From positions 1-32,682 of the IMG/VR virus record IMGVR_UViG_3300008255_000312: 32,682 nt of DNA; one strand, given 5' to 3'. This document shows positions 15,337-24,584 of the stretch, piece after piece; position 1 is the stretch's first letter; the number at the start of each line of letters is the position of its first letter. The DNA comes from a virus. Its lineage: Duplodnaviria > Caudoviricetes. The position numbers and the translations under genes are program-made. Under the pieces are notes generated by a model that saw only the letters and a list, made by a program, of their open reading frames with translations, ran no database searches and had not been told where the DNA came from.

Positions 15337-16464
15337 AATCGGCGAAAGGTCGAGAACGAAACGCGTAAAGCTCGTTCCTGGAATGGTACTTATAAGCGGT
15401 GATGTTTTCTCGTAGCGGAAAAACGCGTAAACCCCAATATTTCCTATCCCCGTCGCTGTTTCAAGATCTGGGTCTGCGGGGTCAAACGAACCGCTAAACG
15501 GGTTCTCTGTCGGCTCGTCTGCTAGATGTACTACAGGGTTAGTACTGGTAGTCGCGCTGAATGCGTCAACCGGCACGTTGACCTCGCGAAAGGTGAGGCC
15601 GGTGCCCGCCGCCGAGATTATTTCCTCCGCACCGAACACTGTTGCCGCTACGTCACCGCTAACGGTGTTTGCATTCGTTCGCAGAACGAGCCACGCGTTG
15701 ACGATGTCGCCTTGATATTCGTAAACTACTGTCCCGAGTCCGTTGATATTTGGGGCTACCTGTAGGACAGATCGCAAAAATGAAGCGGCGCGATACCGCA
15801 CGGTATCATCCAGTTTCCAGTACGGAGACACCGAAAAATGCGCATGCGTTGCCGTGCCAGAGATGGACGCTGTCCCGGATCCGTCTGCCGCCTGAGCGTC
15901 CCAAGCGGCCTCCGCGTCGGTGTACTCAGTCGGAAGATTTGGGACCGTGCTTTTCCAGTAGGTTCGCGTTCCAGAACCGATGTCCTGATCGATTTCGTCC
16001 ACTTCGTTGGTCGGGTAGATCACTGGATAGATAAGGCGGTCCAGCGCATCCCTGCACCATTCCGCTGCGGGCTGGTCAAAGATCGTGGCAATCGTAGAGG
16101 GAGGCAACGCGCCTATATTCACGGCTAGGGATGCCATCGTCCAGAGGTCGGAGCCTTTTGCCGAGTCGTCGGAGGCCTTCGCAAATCCGGGGCAATGCGT
16201 ATACGCGACATGACTCGCCGACGTAACAAGCGCCTCTATTTGGTCGTAGACCTGCTGGAGGTAGTTGGTTTTGAGCAAATCCAGACCGCTGAAATCGTCG
16301 GCAACAAGTGGATCTGTCGTATACCCGCCATTCGTCAACCACTGCACCAAAGGGGCGTTTATGGCTTCGCGTCGCTCATTTACCGCGTTGCAAAGCGACA
16401 CCAGTACATTCTGAATATTGGTGCCGTCGAGGCCGTCCCATACTCCGCTGTTGTACCAGCCCAT
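15319..16464 (-). CDS. Putative tail/baseplate structural protein (381 aa)
   Basis: Start MGWYNS by TAATG overlap with Tal; position in the tail module. Confidence 0.65.
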   Translation of the reverse strand: MGWYNSGVWDGLDGTNIQNVLVSLCNAVNERREAINAPLVQWLTNGGYTTDPLVADDFSGLDLLKTNYLQQVYDQIEALVTSASHVAYTHCPGFAKASDDSAKGSDLWTMASLAVNIGALPPSTIATIFDQPAAEWCRDALDRLIYPVIYPTNEVDEIDQDIGSGTRTYWKSTVPNLPTEYTDAEAAWDAQAADGSGTASISGTATHAHFSVSPYWKLDDTVRYRAASFLRSVLQVAPNINGLGTVVYEYQGDIVNAWLVLRTNANTVSGDVAATVFGAEEIISAAGTGLTFREVNVPVDAFSATTSTNPVVHLADEPTENPFSGSFDPADPDLETATGIGNIGVYAFFRYEKTSPLISTIPGTSFTRFVLDLSPILTDQA

Positions 16465-18398
16465 TACACCACGGCTCCCGATTTGGCGGTAAATTTCTGC
16501 GTAGGTGTCCACGCCGCCTGGTTGGCGTAGGCCCGCCACACCTGATCGTCGCCCGTGCCTCCGCCGAGGCTGGTCCAATAGACCTCGGCCATGCCGTCAG
16601 TCGGGATGGCAGGCAGGACCAGAACCACGGGAACGTCGGAGCCGAACGGAATCCATTCGTCGCCGTCGGCGTTGATCTTGTACACCTTGCCGTTGTCGTC
16701 TCCGGCGATGATGCGGCCAAGGGCGGTCACAGCAACGGTAGATGCGTCTATGAATTCCGCGAAACTGTCCGCCGTATACCAGATCGGGTCTGCATTGGTT
16801 TCGATTTCCTGCCAGTCCGCGCCGTCGTGCATCTCCGCATGGTCGCCCTGCCAACGGGAATCCCCTGCCCGCGCATTACGCGCATCTGTGGCGGAGTAGT
16901 TGCGCCCCATCGTGGGGTAGCGGTCGCCGTCAACGTCCAGCGGCTGTACAGTGGCGTCCAGGAAGCGGTTGAGAATATCCGCAATGCTTCGCGTCTGATT
17001 CGTGAGTTCGACGCGGATAGGCACGGGACGGGCCAGGTCTGTCTCGATCTTGATGATCTCGATACTGGACTCGATGCCAAGATCGTCATCCGTAACTCGG
17101 TAGGTGCCGCCCACCTCAATATCACGCCAGCCCAGCAGCGCGTTATCGGCCTTTGCAACGTCGAGCAGTTCAACGGTGACGGTCGTCGGCGGGTCCGCGA
17201 ATTCCTCCAGGATGCGCTGTGCCATCGCCAGCAGCGTACTCTGGTGTTTCACTCGGCGATCTTGCTTCACGTAGGGCCTGAGGCCGTAGGTGGCTATGCT
17301 GGCGGCGTCGTCGAGGTAGTCCGTCGTGTATTCGGTCGCATCTTCGTCGATGTAGCCGGTGAGCGCAAGCCGCGTGCTGGGGTCGTTGCCCTCCCCATAG
17401 AGGTAGATCCGATTCACTATGCTGTCGTAGTCGATATCGGCCTCAACAGATCGGACATTCAGGTCACGGGTAATCACCTGCTCCGTTTGGTCGCCCGGTG
17501 CAACTCGCCAGTTCAGGCGCCCCTGTGGGTCGACGTAGATCCGCCCTCGGGAGTCTTGGGGCAACGTGAATTGAAGCTGCAACAGCGCCGCGTGGATGTT
17601 GGTATCCTCGCAGGAAAACCGCGTTTCTATTACGCCGATCTCGTCGTCAATCGTGCCCACCGGGGTCGGGGTATCCCGAAGTTGCAGCGCAATCAATGCC
17701 GCAACGTGAGAGGCTACAGATATTTTGTCTTCCGTGGAATAGGACTGCACTACTTCGCCAATCAACTCCGTGATTCGGCCCTGTGCCTCTATATCGACAT
17801 AGGACGCGTCACCGCTGCCCCTGGGTTTGCGTCGCTGGATCTGGAAGGTGTCGACAACGAAGCCCCAGCGGTCCCTCAGCCAAATCAGATTTGGGCGCAC
17901 AAGGTCTGCAACGCCTTCCTCGCCAATGGGTACAGTCAGGCTCAGCGTACTGGCCCTGTCGAGGGTGCGAATCAGCCGCCCCCGCGTCCAGCCGGGCACG
18001 CGTGACACCAGCACACCTGCGCGAGTGTAGACCTCCACGCGGTAAAAGTCGCGGCGCTCGGCCTCGATTTCGATCACGCTCACGGTTCCGCCAGCGGAAA
18101 CCGATGTCAGCGTACCTCCGTCTGTCGGGGAGTCCGTTGCTGGAGGATCCCATGTTGTAAATTCTGGAAGGCCGCCCGAAAATCCCGGCGTCAGGTCGAT
18201 AAAAAAGCTGCTGCCCTCGCCGCTAAATCCCGGCGTTTCCCCGGAAAAGTCGTACTCTACTACAGGGGCTGTGTATGGCAGGTCAAGACTTGGCCGCTCC
18301 CATGTCGGGCGGTCGAAGAAATCCGCAACCTCTACGGCTGGCGCGGGCAAGAAAAAGTCGACCCCGATCAGGTCGTTACCTATCAGGCCCAGGATCAC
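16464..18398 (-). CDS. Tal / baseplate hub (prophage tail endopeptidase-like) protein
   Basis: ASTLSLTVP, SIVNRIYLYGEG, SIATYGLR motifs; downstream of Dit. Confidence 0.8.
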   Translation of the reverse strand: MILGLIGNDLIGVDFFLPAPAVEVADFFDRPTWERPSLDLPYTAPVVEYDFSGETPGFSGEGSSFFIDLTPGFSGGLPEFTTWDPPATDSPTDGGTLTSVSAGGTVSVIEIEAERRDFYRVEVYTRAGVLVSRVPGWTRGRLIRTLDRASTLSLTVPIGEEGVADLVRPNLIWLRDRWGFVVDTFQIQRRKPRGSGDASYVDIEAQGRITELIGEVVQSYSTEDKISVASHVAALIALQLRDTPTPVGTIDDEIGVIETRFSCEDTNIHAALLQLQFTLPQDSRGRIYVDPQGRLNWRVAPGDQTEQVITRDLNVRSVEADIDYDSIVNRIYLYGEGNDPSTRLALTGYIDEDATEYTTDYLDDAASIATYGLRPYVKQDRRVKHQSTLLAMAQRILEEFADPPTTVTVELLDVAKADNALLGWRDIEVGGTYRVTDDDLGIESSIEIIKIETDLARPVPIRVELTNQTRSIADILNRFLDATVQPLDVDGDRYPTMGRNYSATDARNARAGDSRWQGDHAEMHDGADWQEIETNADPIWYTADSFAEFIDASTVAVTALGRIIAGDDNGKVYKINADGDEWIPFGSDVPVVLVLPAIPTDGMAEVYWTSLGGGTGDDQVWRAYANQAAWTPTQKFTAKSGAVV

Positions 18399-19093
18399 AG
18401 GTACACCTGGGCAGGCTCAATGTACCCGTTCGTCGAATCGTCCGTGTCTTTAATCACGGTCTCCGCCGTGGTGTGATGGATGTTCGCCAGCAGGAGGTTT
18501 CCGGTGTCGACGGCAGGCGCGCTTGGTGACCCCGCCTCCGTCCCCGCCTTTGATGTCACAACGCCAAACTGGCTGATCTGTACTATGTCAATGCGTGGAT
18601 TCGTTACCGGGGCGACAAAAACAAGGGAAGTAACGGCGTTCGCCGCCACCGGCTGCCCGGAGACAATCGCAAGCCCAGCGGATACCGTCACCGTCATGCT
18701 TGGCGTGCCCTCCGCCTCTACCTGCAACCCGCCGTCCTGCCTGACACCCTCAGCCACGGTGAAGAACGCCCCGAGGTGCGCCTCAAGGGTGCCTATCCGC
18801 TCGGCCATGTCGTTGAAAAACTCGCGGACGTGGAACATGGCGGCATACGCGCCGTCGATATGGCTCGCCGCTGTGCTACCGCCATAGCCCCGTTCTACGG
18901 TAAGCGTGTTGCTGGAAACGGCGGTCACGCGCATCTTTTCGGAATCGATATGGATCACGGTGTCGCGAAACGCGGAAATCGTGGGCAGGTCGCTGGCGTC
19001 CGCCAAATCGAGGCTAGTCACGCTGTCGTTGATGCTTCCATCAAGCGTGGTAAACCACTTGTCTGCTGCTATGTGTACGGGCCTCTGGGCCAT
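18395..19093 (-). CDS. Minor tail/baseplate protein (232 aa)
   Basis: IDSEKMRVT..TLTVERGYGGSTAASH and PSMTVTVSAG...NPRIDIV virion-type motifs. Confidence 0.7.
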   Translation of the reverse strand: MAQRPVHIAADKWFTTLDGSINDSVTSLDLADASDLPTISAFRDTVIHIDSEKMRVTAVSSNTLTVERGYGGSTAASHIDGAYAAMFHVREFFNDMAERIGTLEAHLGAFFTVAEGVRQDGGLQVEAEGTPSMTVTVSAGLAIVSGQPVAANAVTSLVFVAPVTNPRIDIVQISQFGVVTSKAGTEAGSPSAPAVDTGNLLLANIHHTTAETVIKDTDDSTNGYIEPAQVYL

Positions 19094-19094
19094 C

Positions 19095-19421
19095 TCAAAT
19101 CCCCTTCGCGGTATACGTGATCCTGCGGGTCCCGGTCGACGGACCGACAATGGTTAAAGCGTTTGCCACCCCGCCCTGGAGGCGCGGGATAACGCCGGTC
19201 ACGCCCGCGTTGCTTTTGGTCCAGTTCGATCCGCTGTCGGTCGATGTCTCAACCCGTTGCGTGGTGGATGAAAACCTGATCCACTTGCTGGCTGCAAGGG
19301 TGTTATTCCACAAAACCGATTGTCCCGTGGCTGCGTTGGTGATCTGCACCGAAGCGCAGGGCGTCGCCCCGTTCTTGATCAGGTAAACGGCATCGGTGAT
19401 CTGTGTTCCGCCAACGCTCAC
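19095..19421 (-). CDS. Distal tail protein (Dit), C-terminal part
   Basis: ITN..TGQS and G.IPRLQGG.N.LTI...ITY motifs; GTG start with GGAGGTG RBS. Confidence 0.65.
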   Translation of the reverse strand: MSVGGTQITDAVYLIKNGATPCASVQITNAATGQSVLWNNTLAASKWIRFSSTTQRVETSTDSGSNWTKSNAGVTGVIPRLQGGVANALTIVGPSTGTRRITYTAKGI

Positions 19422-19885
19422 AGCGTCACCTCCGTGGTTCCCGTGCCGCTTACGGCAACGTCGCCGGTGTCCGTGGCCTCCGTGGCCGAGGTCCAGGGAT
19501 CCGCGATAAATTGAAGCGTGAAGGCCTCCATTCGCGCAGACAATGCCGCCTCTACTCCCGATTGCAACCGGGCACCGGTAAACACCTTGTTCGGGATCGC
19601 GTCAATCGTGAGATCGCCACCGCCATCGGACTGGGACAACGCCAATACAGTAAGCAGGTTCTCAATATAGGTCTCCTTGTCGGCCTCCGTCACGGAAACC
19701 AACCGGCAATCGAGGTTAATCGTTCGCGGGCCGTACGTCGACCCCTGGAACGCTGCGCCGTCGGCCTGCGCGTATTCATCGACGGCCAGGCGCGGGCGCG
19801 GCAACCGCTCGTAGTTCTGGCCTACAACGGTGACACGGTAGTTCTCCCCGCCAAAATCGACGCCCTTATACGTGAAGGAATGCAT
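19418..19885 (-). CDS. Distal tail protein (Dit), N-terminal part
   Basis: SFTYKGVD, DGA.F.GSTYGPRTINL, FTLQFIADPW; directly after the tape measure. Confidence 0.8.
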   Translation of the reverse strand: MHSFTYKGVDFGGENYRVTVVGQNYERLPRPRLAVDEYAQADGAAFQGSTYGPRTINLDCRLVSVTEADKETYIENLLTVLALSQSDGGGDLTIDAIPNKVFTGARLQSGVEAALSARMEAFTLQFIADPWTSATEATDTGDVAVSGTGTTEVTL

Positions 19886-21288
19886 TAGGCCCGTACCCCC
19901 ATGGCAAGCAGATCGCCTTCCAGCATCCTGGCTAAACTCCGCTCGATATACCTGATATCGTCATCGCTCCTCACGCTGTCCCTGCCAAAGTTGAGGTTGT
20001 AGACGTTGCCGGAAGCCGCGCCCTGCATCGCCCCGGCGGTCTGCCCGGCATCGTATACCGTGGCACCACGGGGCATCTGCACCAGTTCCGGCCCCCGCTC
20101 ACCGACCATGGCCCAACCGCCACCCGTAACCGTGCCGCCCGTGGCGAGGCCCACAGGGGAACCACCGTAAATCGCAGACCCAACCACGTCGCCGATGCCA
20201 CGCCCAAGATCCATAAGCCCGCCAATTAGGTCAAAAACCGGCTGTAGAACCCACACGATAAATTCCGCCGCGCCACGTACGGTTGATTTTACCGCCTCCC
20301 AGACGAGGCCCCAATCATCGACGAAATACCACGCGGCAGCGATAAGCAGTCCGATTGCGCCAATGACAATTCCGACGGGGCCAGTGAGCGCCAGCAACAC
20401 AGCGCCGACAATAGGGATCGCCGCGCTGATTGCCGAAAACGCGGTAGCAATTCCAGGGAGCATTATCAAAAGCGGCCCCAAAACGGTCATGATTGCACCG
20501 GCGGCAAGAACCAGTTTCGTGATCGCCTCGGTTAGTCCGGGATGTTCTGCGCGCCATGCACGGAAATTTGTAGCAGTATCACGTATGTAGATCATTAGAT
20601 CCGTGAGTATCGGTATCAGCGTTATCGCCACATCACGGCTGAGGCTACCAAGCGCCGCCTTCATCTGGTCCATCGTGTCGTTGAAAAGCTCGGCCTGTGC
20701 GGCCTGTTCAGGGCCGATTGAAAGGCCCAGCTTAACCGCATGATCGCGCATGGCCTGTAGCCCCGCACTGCCAGAATTGAGCATAGGCAGCAGTTGGGTC
20801 CCCATCCGTGCCCCAAATAAATCGCTCGCCATGGATGTCCGCAGCGTCGCGTCTTCAACGTCGGCGAGGGCAAAGCCGATTTGCAGAAACTGCTCTTCCG
20901 GCGACAGGCTACCAAGGGTTTGCCATGACAGCCCAAGCGCGGCAATGGTCTGCTGATATTGCTCGTTCCCCGCAGAGGCGTCAACGATTACACTCGAAAG
21001 GTTTCGCGAGGCTTTTTCTATTCCCTCTATGCTGGTCCCGCTTTGCTCCGCAGCGAATTTAAGTTCAGACAGCGCGGAAATCGAAAACCCGGTGCGTTGC
21101 GACATTTTCGCCAACTCATCCGCCGTGTTAGCGAAAGAGGTCACGCTCTTATATGCAAAAGTGGTGATTGCCGCGCCTGCCGCAGTCATCGCCACACCAA
21201 CGGCGTTGCGGGCCTTGCTCATGGCCTCTTCCAGCCCTTTGGTGTCGCCGCCGATTCGCCAGAATACGTCACCAGCTATAATACTCAT
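19885..21288 (-). CDS. Tape measure protein (467 aa)
   Basis: Ala/Leu helical repeats, hydrophobic stretch, C-terminal LATGG...MVGERGPELV. Confidence 0.93.
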   Translation of the reverse strand: MSIIAGDVFWRIGGDTKGLEEAMSKARNAVGVAMTAAGAAITTFAYKSVTSFANTADELAKMSQRTGFSISALSELKFAAEQSGTSIEGIEKASRNLSSVIVDASAGNEQYQQTIAALGLSWQTLGSLSPEEQFLQIGFALADVEDATLRTSMASDLFGARMGTQLLPMLNSGSAGLQAMRDHAVKLGLSIGPEQAAQAELFNDTMDQMKAALGSLSRDVAITLIPILTDLMIYIRDTATNFRAWRAEHPGLTEAITKLVLAAGAIMTVLGPLLIMLPGIATAFSAISAAIPIVGAVLLALTGPVGIVIGAIGLLIAAAWYFVDDWGLVWEAVKSTVRGAAEFIVWVLQPVFDLIGGLMDLGRGIGDVVGSAIYGGSPVGLATGGTVTGGGWAMVGERGPELVQMPRGATVYDAGQTAGAMQGAASGNVYNLNFGRDSVRSDDDIRYIERSLARMLEGDLLAMGVRA

Positions 21289-21301
21289 CTGGTGATCCTT
21301 T

Positions 21302-21562
21302 CTATCCGAGCAGACTCGGGCGTGCGGGCTTCATTGCTGCATGGGCTTTTTTCTCCTGCTCCACCTCAGCATTAAGGTGCAGCAGCATGTCCCAGTACTG
21401 TTCATTCGTGTGCGTCTCGATCAGCCCAGGGACGGTGATCCCAAGTCGCCGGGCGACGGCATAAATTTGCTTATATCTACTCCCGCTTTGCCCATCGCCT
21501 CTATGGCCCGGGTCTGTTTCTCCACGGCCTCCATTTTGATTCGATGGGCACGAGCGAAAGGG
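21302..21562 (-). CDS. Tail assembly chaperone -1 frameshift extension (gpGT-like)
   Basis: In-frame C CCT TTC slippery heptamer at 21556-21562; -1 frame open to TAG at 21302 (IYAVARRLGITVPGLIE...). Confidence 0.75.
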   Translation of the reverse strand, partial: PFRSCPSNQNGGRGETDPGHRGDGQSGSRYKQIYAVARRLGITVPGLIETHTNEQYWDMLLHLNAEVEQEKKAHAAMKPARPSLLG

Positions 21563-21894
21563 TCCGACACCTCGAAGATTTCATCAATTGCGGCCAGTAG
21601 CTGCTCGTAGGTCAGGGCGTCCCAGTCCACGCGGTCCGACTGCTCAATCGTGGGGCAGGCCTTGAGTAGGTCGATAGCCTTTTCTTGCAGCGACGCCAGC
21701 ACTTCATATCTGGTGTACTGATTAAGTCCGGTAGCCCGCTGCAATTCCTCGGTGAATCCTACAACCATAGGACACCATTCGGCGGCCTGCTTCATCGTGA
21801 GGGCTCGGGCCTTGAATGTTTTCTCGCGGCCCTCCACGGGGATGCAGAACACAGGAAATGGGGCATTCATTGTACGATCATTGTCGCTTCGCAT
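21421..21894 (-). CDS. Tail assembly chaperone (gpG-like)
   Basis: Between tail tube and tape measure; start MRSDND by TAATG overlap. Confidence 0.75.
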   Translation of the reverse strand: MRSDNDRTMNAPFPVFCIPVEGREKTFKARALTMKQAAEWCPMVVGFTEELQRATGLNQYTRYEVLASLQEKAIDLLKACPTIEQSDRVDWDALTYEQLLAAIDEIFEVSDPFARAHRIKMEAVEKQTRAIEAMGKAGVDISKFMPSPGDLGSPSLG

Positions 21895-22436
21895 TACGCG
21901 GCCTCGTAGTCGACTTTGAGAAAGCCAGCGGGAACCGTTAAGCCCGCGCAGGGCTTGCAATTAAACGTCGTCTTGGCCTGCCCGTCTGTGCTGAAACCCT
22001 GCCCGATGGTTGTGATCGCCAGTTCCACGTTAGGGAAGTACAGATAGAACAGGCCGTTTACCTCGATCACCAGAGATCGTTTCACGGTGTCCAGGGTTTT
22101 GGTGCCAAGCTGCCCGGTATAGGACATGTCGCTGGCGAGTTCGACAACGGACTTTGAAACGTCGTAGGCCACGAAGTCGAAAACGTCTGGACCGTTCTGC
22201 ATTGCGACGTAATCGGTCGGCACCATGGCCTGCGGGGGATGGATCACGCCGTACTCCGTGAACATGGGCACGTCGATCCGGTCGCCGTCGAGGTCGCCAT
22301 CATCACCACGGGCGCGGCTGCCCAGGGAAAACCAGCCCGATACGCTGCTGATATTGGAGCCGAGCGCCGGGGCCGTGGGCCGCGTGGTCTCGGCTGCCGT
22401 GGCGATCAATACCCGCCGGATGAAATTCGAAGCCAT
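21894..22436 (-). CDS. Major tail tube protein
   Basis: Size and synteny; beta-rich with LYLYFPNVEL. Confidence 0.7.
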   Translation of the reverse strand: MASNFIRRVLIATAAETTRPTAPALGSNISSVSGWFSLGSRARGDDGDLDGDRIDVPMFTEYGVIHPPQAMVPTDYVAMQNGPDVFDFVAYDVSKSVVELASDMSYTGQLGTKTLDTVKRSLVIEVNGLFYLYFPNVELAITTIGQGFSTDGQAKTTFNCKPCAGLTVPAGFLKVDYEAA

Positions 22437-22438
22437 GT

Positions 22439-22828
22439 CTAATTCTCCATGTAGACGGTGAACCGTCCAACGTAAGAGGGCCAGCCCGTTACCGGATCGT
22501 CCCCGCCAAAAAAATCACTCTGATAGAACACCTGCTTAATCGGGCTGTCTGGTCCCGGCAACAGGCAACGGTCATAAAGGGCCCGGAAAACAACGCGGGC
22601 GTCGCTGTCTAAATCGCTGCCGCCATAGCAACGACAAATCACTACGTCGCTGACTTCTCCGCCCGCCACGTGCGCGCCGCCGGTCTCCTGCATCACTAGG
22701 ATCGCGGGGTGCGTGTTGTCGAAGCCAGGAGGAAGCCGGTTCACCGTGACGTAATCGCCGCCCAGCGCAGACGTAAGCGCGCTCGGCTCCAGCAAAAACT
22801 GACGGAATATTTCCAGCTTGTCAACCAC
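22439..22828 (-). CDS. Tail terminator/completion protein
   Basis: GTG start (VVDKLE); synteny; LPPG....PAILV and DDPVTGWP.Y motifs. Confidence 0.65.
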   Translation of the reverse strand: MVDKLEIFRQFLLEPSALTSALGGDYVTVNRLPPGFDNTHPAILVMQETGGAHVAGGEVSDVVICRCYGGSDLDSDARVVFRALYDRCLLPGPDSPIKQVFYQSDFFGGDDPVTGWPSYVGRFTVYMEN

Positions 22829-23162
22829 GGTATTTGTTCCTGCCTTTGATGAAGGCCACGAATTTCGGGATCGCGGCATCGGTTCCCCAGGCAAAGAACG
22901 GCCTGGCAACCATACGCGAGGTCCCGAAGTGGACCCAGCCGCCGTACCCGGTACGGCTTCGAAGCACAATGGATTTCGGCTTTTCCACCTCCATCTCAAG
23001 GCTGTTTTTCAACGTTCCGCCAAGCACCTCCGCCACCGGGCAGACGTGGCGGGACTCGCCAAGGGCCAATTGTCCGAAGGTCTTCACGTCGGAATCCGCC
23101 ACGCTTTGAAGCAGCTTGATCGCGCCTTTATTCGGGCGTATGGTGACGGAGGACTTAGCCAA
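22821..23162 (-). CDS. HK97 gp10-like neck protein
   Basis: CPV....GTLKNS and YGGWVHFGTSRMVARPFF; start codon uncertain. Confidence 0.8.
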   Translation of the reverse strand: MAKSSVTIRPNKGAIKLLQSVADSDVKTFGQLALGESRHVCPVAEVLGGTLKNSLEMEVEKPKSIVLRSRTGYGGWVHFGTSRMVARPFFAWGTDAAIPKFVAFIKGRNKYRG

Positions 23163-23625
23163 GGATAAAGCCAGCTTCGAAGGTCTGTGCAGACGTGCCA
23201 GAGATGTCGATGGTCTTGTGCGTGTCATCGATATCAGCGCTGGCATCCTGAAAGTTCATGCTGAACCCGCCGCTCGGCTGTACTACTACGCTCCCGCTCG
23301 TGCCGAAGATCAGGTAGCCGTTTGATGCACCGGCGACAATGGTCATGGCGTTGGCCCCAAGGTTCTTGAAATAGAAACCCTGCACTTTCAGCCCATTGCC
23401 GTCGCCAGACCCGCCTGCCACGGTGTACAGCGCCCGCAGGTCAATGGTGGCCGCGCCACCGCTGAGTGCATACACGTCTTCGCTGATTATCGTCGCGGGG
23501 TCCGGGGTTACGCTCTCGTCAAACGCGGAGTGCGTAACCGTTTTGGCCGTGCTTGACAACGATTCGTCGGTCAGCACTTCGCTGGCCGTGATACCAAACT
23601 TGATCAGGGGAGAGGACAGGCTCAT
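23155..23625 (-). CDS. Virion structural protein of unknown function (156 aa)
   Basis: AGGAG RBS; beta-rich; within the neck module. Confidence 0.7.
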   Translation of the reverse strand: MSLSSPLIKFGITASEVLTDESLSSTAKTVTHSAFDESVTPDPATIISEDVYALSGGAATIDLRALYTVAGGSGDGNGLKVQGFYFKNLGANAMTIVAGASNGYLIFGTSGSVVVQPSGGFSMNFQDASADIDDTHKTIDISGTSAQTFEAGFILG

Positions 23626-23637
23626 ATTACATTGCTC

Positions 23638-24027
23638 CTACCGGGTGGAATTCCCGGTGATTCGTTTCAGTCCAAGGACAAGCGCTGTTGGCCCGCGCTG
23701 CGGCAGGCCCTCCACGCTGTAAAGTTCGGCGGTAATCGCCTCTCCGTTTCGCTCCGTGATTCGCACTCGCGAAACGTTATCTACCACAGTGCCTATCGGA
23801 AGGCGCAGTGTGGCGTCAAGGTCCGGGGCCTGCGATCCGTCTTTGGTTTCGCCACGATTCGCGGGGTTAAACCCGCAAGCCATGGCGTCGCCGAATGTCA
23901 CCGTCCCCGCCGTGGTGTCAGCGCTGCCCCACGTGTGGGCTGCCACGGTGCCAATTTCGCACGCGTCGAAAAACGTGCTTTCCGCAACAACCCGAAGGCT
24001 GGCAAAATCTGGCGTCAGGCAGGTCAA
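23638..24027 (-). CDS. Head closure (stopper)-like protein
   Basis: TLRLPIGTVV....RVRI pattern; synteny. Confidence 0.65.
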   Translation of the reverse strand: MTCLTPDFASLRVVAESTFFDACEIGTVAAHTWGSADTTAGTVTFGDAMACGFNPANRGETKDGSQAPDLDATLRLPIGTVVDNVSRVRITERNGEAITAELYSVEGLPQRGPTALVLGLKRITGNSTR

Positions 24028-24500
24028 TTGTTAAACACTCCGTCGTCGTTGTATCGGTCGATTATCGGCGTTGTCTCGACCACCGAATACCCGCCCTCGG
24101 AGGCCACGAGTTCGCGCTGGCTGGAAACGCCGCGCAGGCTTCCGGGACGCCGTCGGCTGTTGTACTTCTGCGCCATTTTGCTGTACTGCGCGAACCTCTG
24201 GGACAGCGAATAACTGGCACCATCAGCGGAGAAATCGTGACCACAGGCCACGGCAGCGGCCTTTTCGTTCCAGATATCGGCGGCCACCGCGTTGAGATCG
24301 TATGTCTCGATCCAACTCGGGTTCGTGGTGTAGGTCGGCGGGTCCGTGGTGAAGTCCAGATACGTGGGCTCTATGCCACGGCTGTCACGGCAGGCCCGCG
24401 CCGCAATGGCGGTGCGGAACGCGTCGTCGCTGTACGTGTCAGACGTAGGCTCCGCCACCATCCGCCGTACCTGCGCGATTTGATCCGTTGTAACTGCCAT
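24024..24500 (-). CDS. Head-tail adaptor-like protein
   Basis: VRRMVAE...YSDD...YDLNAVAADIW..KAA...DFSADGAS..SQ; synteny. Confidence 0.7.
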   Translation of the reverse strand: MAVTTDQIAQVRRMVAEPTSDTYSDDAFRTAIAARACRDSRGIEPTYLDFTTDPPTYTTNPSWIETYDLNAVAADIWNEKAAAVACGHDFSADGASYSLSQRFAQYSKMAQKYNSRRRPGSLRGVSSQRELVASEGGYSVVETTPIIDRYNDDGVFNN

Positions 24501-24525
24501 TGTGTCGCCTCTGATTTTAGGGGTG

Positions 24526-24566
24526 CCCCGCGCCGCCAACCAAGGAGAGAAAGCAACGGCGCGGGG
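24526..24566 (-). other. Intergenic hairpin, 10-bp GC stem, 21-nt loop containing UCUCUCCUUGGUUGG
   Basis: ccccgcgccg 24526-24535 pairs with cggcgcgggg 24557-24566; no U-tract. Confidence 0.85.
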
Positions 24567-24584
24567 GGTGTGGGGATGGAGGAT

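Noticed and set aside
16308-18005. Long + strand ORFs (also 7588-8616, 23895-25013, 29346-30344 and others)
   Set aside because: Antisense shadows of GC-rich - strand genes, with no recognisable motifs.
21461-21468. AAATTTA as the chaperone slippery site
   Set aside because: Not in the X XXY YYZ frame; CCCTTTC at 21556-21562 is.
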